NCBI GenBank assembly: GCA_963716745.1
Contig: OY970320.1
Coordinates: 2,432,001-2,496,000 of the forward strand
Length of the DNA: 64,000 nt
Reading direction: 5' to 3'
Source: an uncultured Gemmatimonadaceae bacterium
GTDB taxonomy: Bacteria; Gemmatimonadota; Gemmatimonadetes; Gemmatimonadales; Gemmatimonadaceae
Shown piece by piece: positions 62,308 through 64,000 of this stretch; position 1 is the first letter of the stretch; each line of letters opens with the position of its first letter. The notes below the pieces were generated by a model, which did no database searches, was not told the DNA's origin, and saw only the letters and a list, made by a program, of their open reading frames with translations. A program made the position numbers and the translations under genes.

Positions 62308-63377
62308 TAGAGCGGCAGCGGCAGCGCGGATACCTTCGCGCTCACCTTTCCTCCGTCCCACTGGAGCGTGACATCGGTGCCGGTCTCCACTTCGCGGCGG
62401 AGCATGCCCATCGCCACCGCGCCGAGCCGCGGCGAGAGTGCGCTGGACCGCACTTCGCCCACCTGTTCGCCGTTCGTCGCGAGTACCGCGGCGCCCTCGG
62501 GGGCGGGCTCGGACTTCCCGGCCATGAGTCCGCGGAGATGCCGGTTCACGTGGCCGCGGAAATGCACGCGCGCCACGACCTCCTGTCCCACGTAACAACC
62601 CTTCGTGTACGAGATCGCGTGGAGCGAGTCGAAGTTCGCTTCCTGCGGGATCGTGCTCTCGTCCATGTCCACGCCCCACTCGGGACGCCCCGCTTCGATG
62701 CGCGCGATCTCCCACGCATGCAGCCCCGCCGGCGTCGCGCCGAGTGAGAGCAGCTTCTGCCATACGCCCGAGAATCCATCGCTCGGCACGAACAATTCGT
62801 AGCCCTCGAGCTCGAGCTCCGGCGAGCGGATGATCATCACGATCTGCCCGCCCACGTCCACGGACGTGTGCGCGTACACCGGCAGCGCCGCGAGCGCATC
62901 GGACGGCAGCGACACCAGCGTCGCGACGATCCGTCGCGAGGTCGCGCCGAACACGCCGATCGCGCGGAGCGCGCCGGTCTCATCCTTGCTCGGCGCCAGC
63001 TGCGGGTTGATGAACTTCTTGATCATCGCCTGCCAGCCCGCGTACGCGCGCGGCGGCGCATCCACCACCAGGGCGCCCTCGCGCGCGAAGATGCGCACGT
63101 CGGCCACGATCTTCCCCTTGGGTGTGAGCGCGGCGGCGTACATGCCCTGACCCGGCAGCAGCGCAGCCACATCGTTGGTGACCAATCCCGTCACCAGCTC
63201 GGCGGCCTTGGGCCCCTCGAGCCGCATGCGTCCGCGCGCGCTGCGGTCCACGAGCATCGCGCCCGAGCGCAGCGCGTTGTACTCGGCCGCGATATTGCCG
63301 TAGTGCAGCGTCACCGGATGGCCGGCGACGGTGCCGAGGGCAGGGAAGCTGCCGGAGAGAATGGAACTGGCCGTCAT
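62307..63377 (-). CDS. ygfZ: Folate-binding YgfZ/GcvT-family protein
   Basis: KGCYVGQE motif; LTPKGKI and RIEAG. Confidence 0.88.
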   Translation of the reverse strand: MTASSILSGSFPALGTVAGHPVTLHYGNIAAEYNALRSGAMLVDRSARGRMRLEGPKAAELVTGLVTNDVAALLPGQGMYAAALTPKGKIVADVRIFAREGALVVDAPPRAYAGWQAMIKKFINPQLAPSKDETGALRAIGVFGATSRRIVATLVSLPSDALAALPVYAHTSVDVGGQIVMIIRSPELELEGYELFVPSDGFSGVWQKLLSLGATPAGLHAWEIARIEAGRPEWGVDMDESTIPQEANFDSLHAISYTKGCYVGQEVVARVHFRGHVNRHLRGLMAGKSEPAPEGAAVLATNGEQVGEVRSSALSPRLGAVAMGMLRREVETGTDVTLQWDGGKVSAKVSALPLPL

Positions 63378-63410
63378 GACTCCAAGCTAGTCGCGCCCCG
63401 GGGCGGTGCG

Positions 63411-64000
63411 CTACGGGTTCGCGGGCCGGTGAGACACCGAATAGGACGCGTCGATCAATTCGACCGGATGGGCGACACGCGCGCGGGAACCCGTGCGAAG
63501 GAGCCCCGCGCCGATCTGCATCTGGCAGCCGGGATTGCCGGTGGCGACGATGGCGGCACCGGTGGCCGCGATGTTGGCGAGTTTTGGCGCGAGCACGGCC
63601 GCGGCGATCGCGGGCTGCACGAGATTGTAGACGCCGGCGCTGCCGCAGCACTGGTCGGCGTCGGTGAGCGGCACGAGCACGATGCCCGGAATGGCGCGGA
63701 GCACGGTGAGGGGCGGCGCGGCCACGCGCTGCGCGTGCACCAGATGGCAGGGCGCGTCGTAGGTGACCACGCCCTCGAGCGCGCCGCCGGCGCGCGGACC
63801 GGCGGCGGCGAGCAGTTCGCTCACGTCGCGCACGCGCGCGGCGAACGACGCGGCGCGTGCCCGCCACGCCGGATCATCGGCGAGCAGCCGGCCGTATTCC
63901 TTCATCGTGGCGCCGCAGCCGGCGGCATCCACCGCGATGTAGTCCGCGCCGCTCGCCTCGAATGCCGCGATCGCCTCGCGCGCGAGGCGCCGGGCGGTAT
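63411..64000 (-). CDS. glcF: GlcF-like Fe-S oxidoreductase subunit (CCG domains), 5' end outside the window
   Basis: AAGCGATMKEY, YDAPCHLVHAQ, CCGSAGVYN and NPGCQMQI motifs. Confidence 0.85.
   Translation of the reverse strand, partial: TARRLAREAIAAFEASGADYIAVDAAGCGATMKEYGRLLADDPAWRARAASFAARVRDVSELLAAAGPRAGGALEGVVTYDAPCHLVHAQRVAAPPLTVLRAIPGIVLVPLTDADQCCGSAGVYNLVQPAIAAAVLAPKLANIAATGAAIVATGNPGCQMQIGAGLLRTGSRARVAHPVELIDASYSVSHRPANP

Overview
High-GC (roughly 68-70% by eye), densely coding bacterial chromosomal window. The gene repertoire suggests a Gemmatimonadota-like organism, but that is an inference and no search was run. About 57 CDSs, mostly on the minus strand. They include kup; a 4-hydroxybenzoyl-CoA-reductase-like (hcrCAB-type) molybdenum enzyme; an ECF sigma/anti-sigma locus with a TolC-MFP-MacB-permease pump that has no ATPase gene; a TetR-TolC-EmrA-EmrB pump; a polX-nth-EVE cluster; an ECF-type ABC importer; many peptidases plus an OPT transporter; metH-yitJ preceded by a SAM-II-like riboswitch and terminator; an AAA+/VWA pair; a MopB-family Mo enzyme; a Met-rich lipoprotein; and ygfZ/glcF. 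About 18 single-base frameshifts in conserved genes look like long-read indel errors. No tRNA, rRNA, CRISPR, phage or transposase was seen. Main observations: (i) dispersed long palindromes built from 7-nt or 21-nt modules, including two 120-bp (57+6+57) hairpin elements with covarying cores and two in-frame (CGGGACT)n palindromes at the same position in two paralogous homocysteine-binding domains; (ii) a Glu-to-Gln change at the conserved catalytic position of the HcrA-like subunit; (iii) a thumb-shortened PolX translationally coupled to Nth and an EVE protein; (iv) a SAM-II-like aptamer apparently coupled to a transcription terminator.
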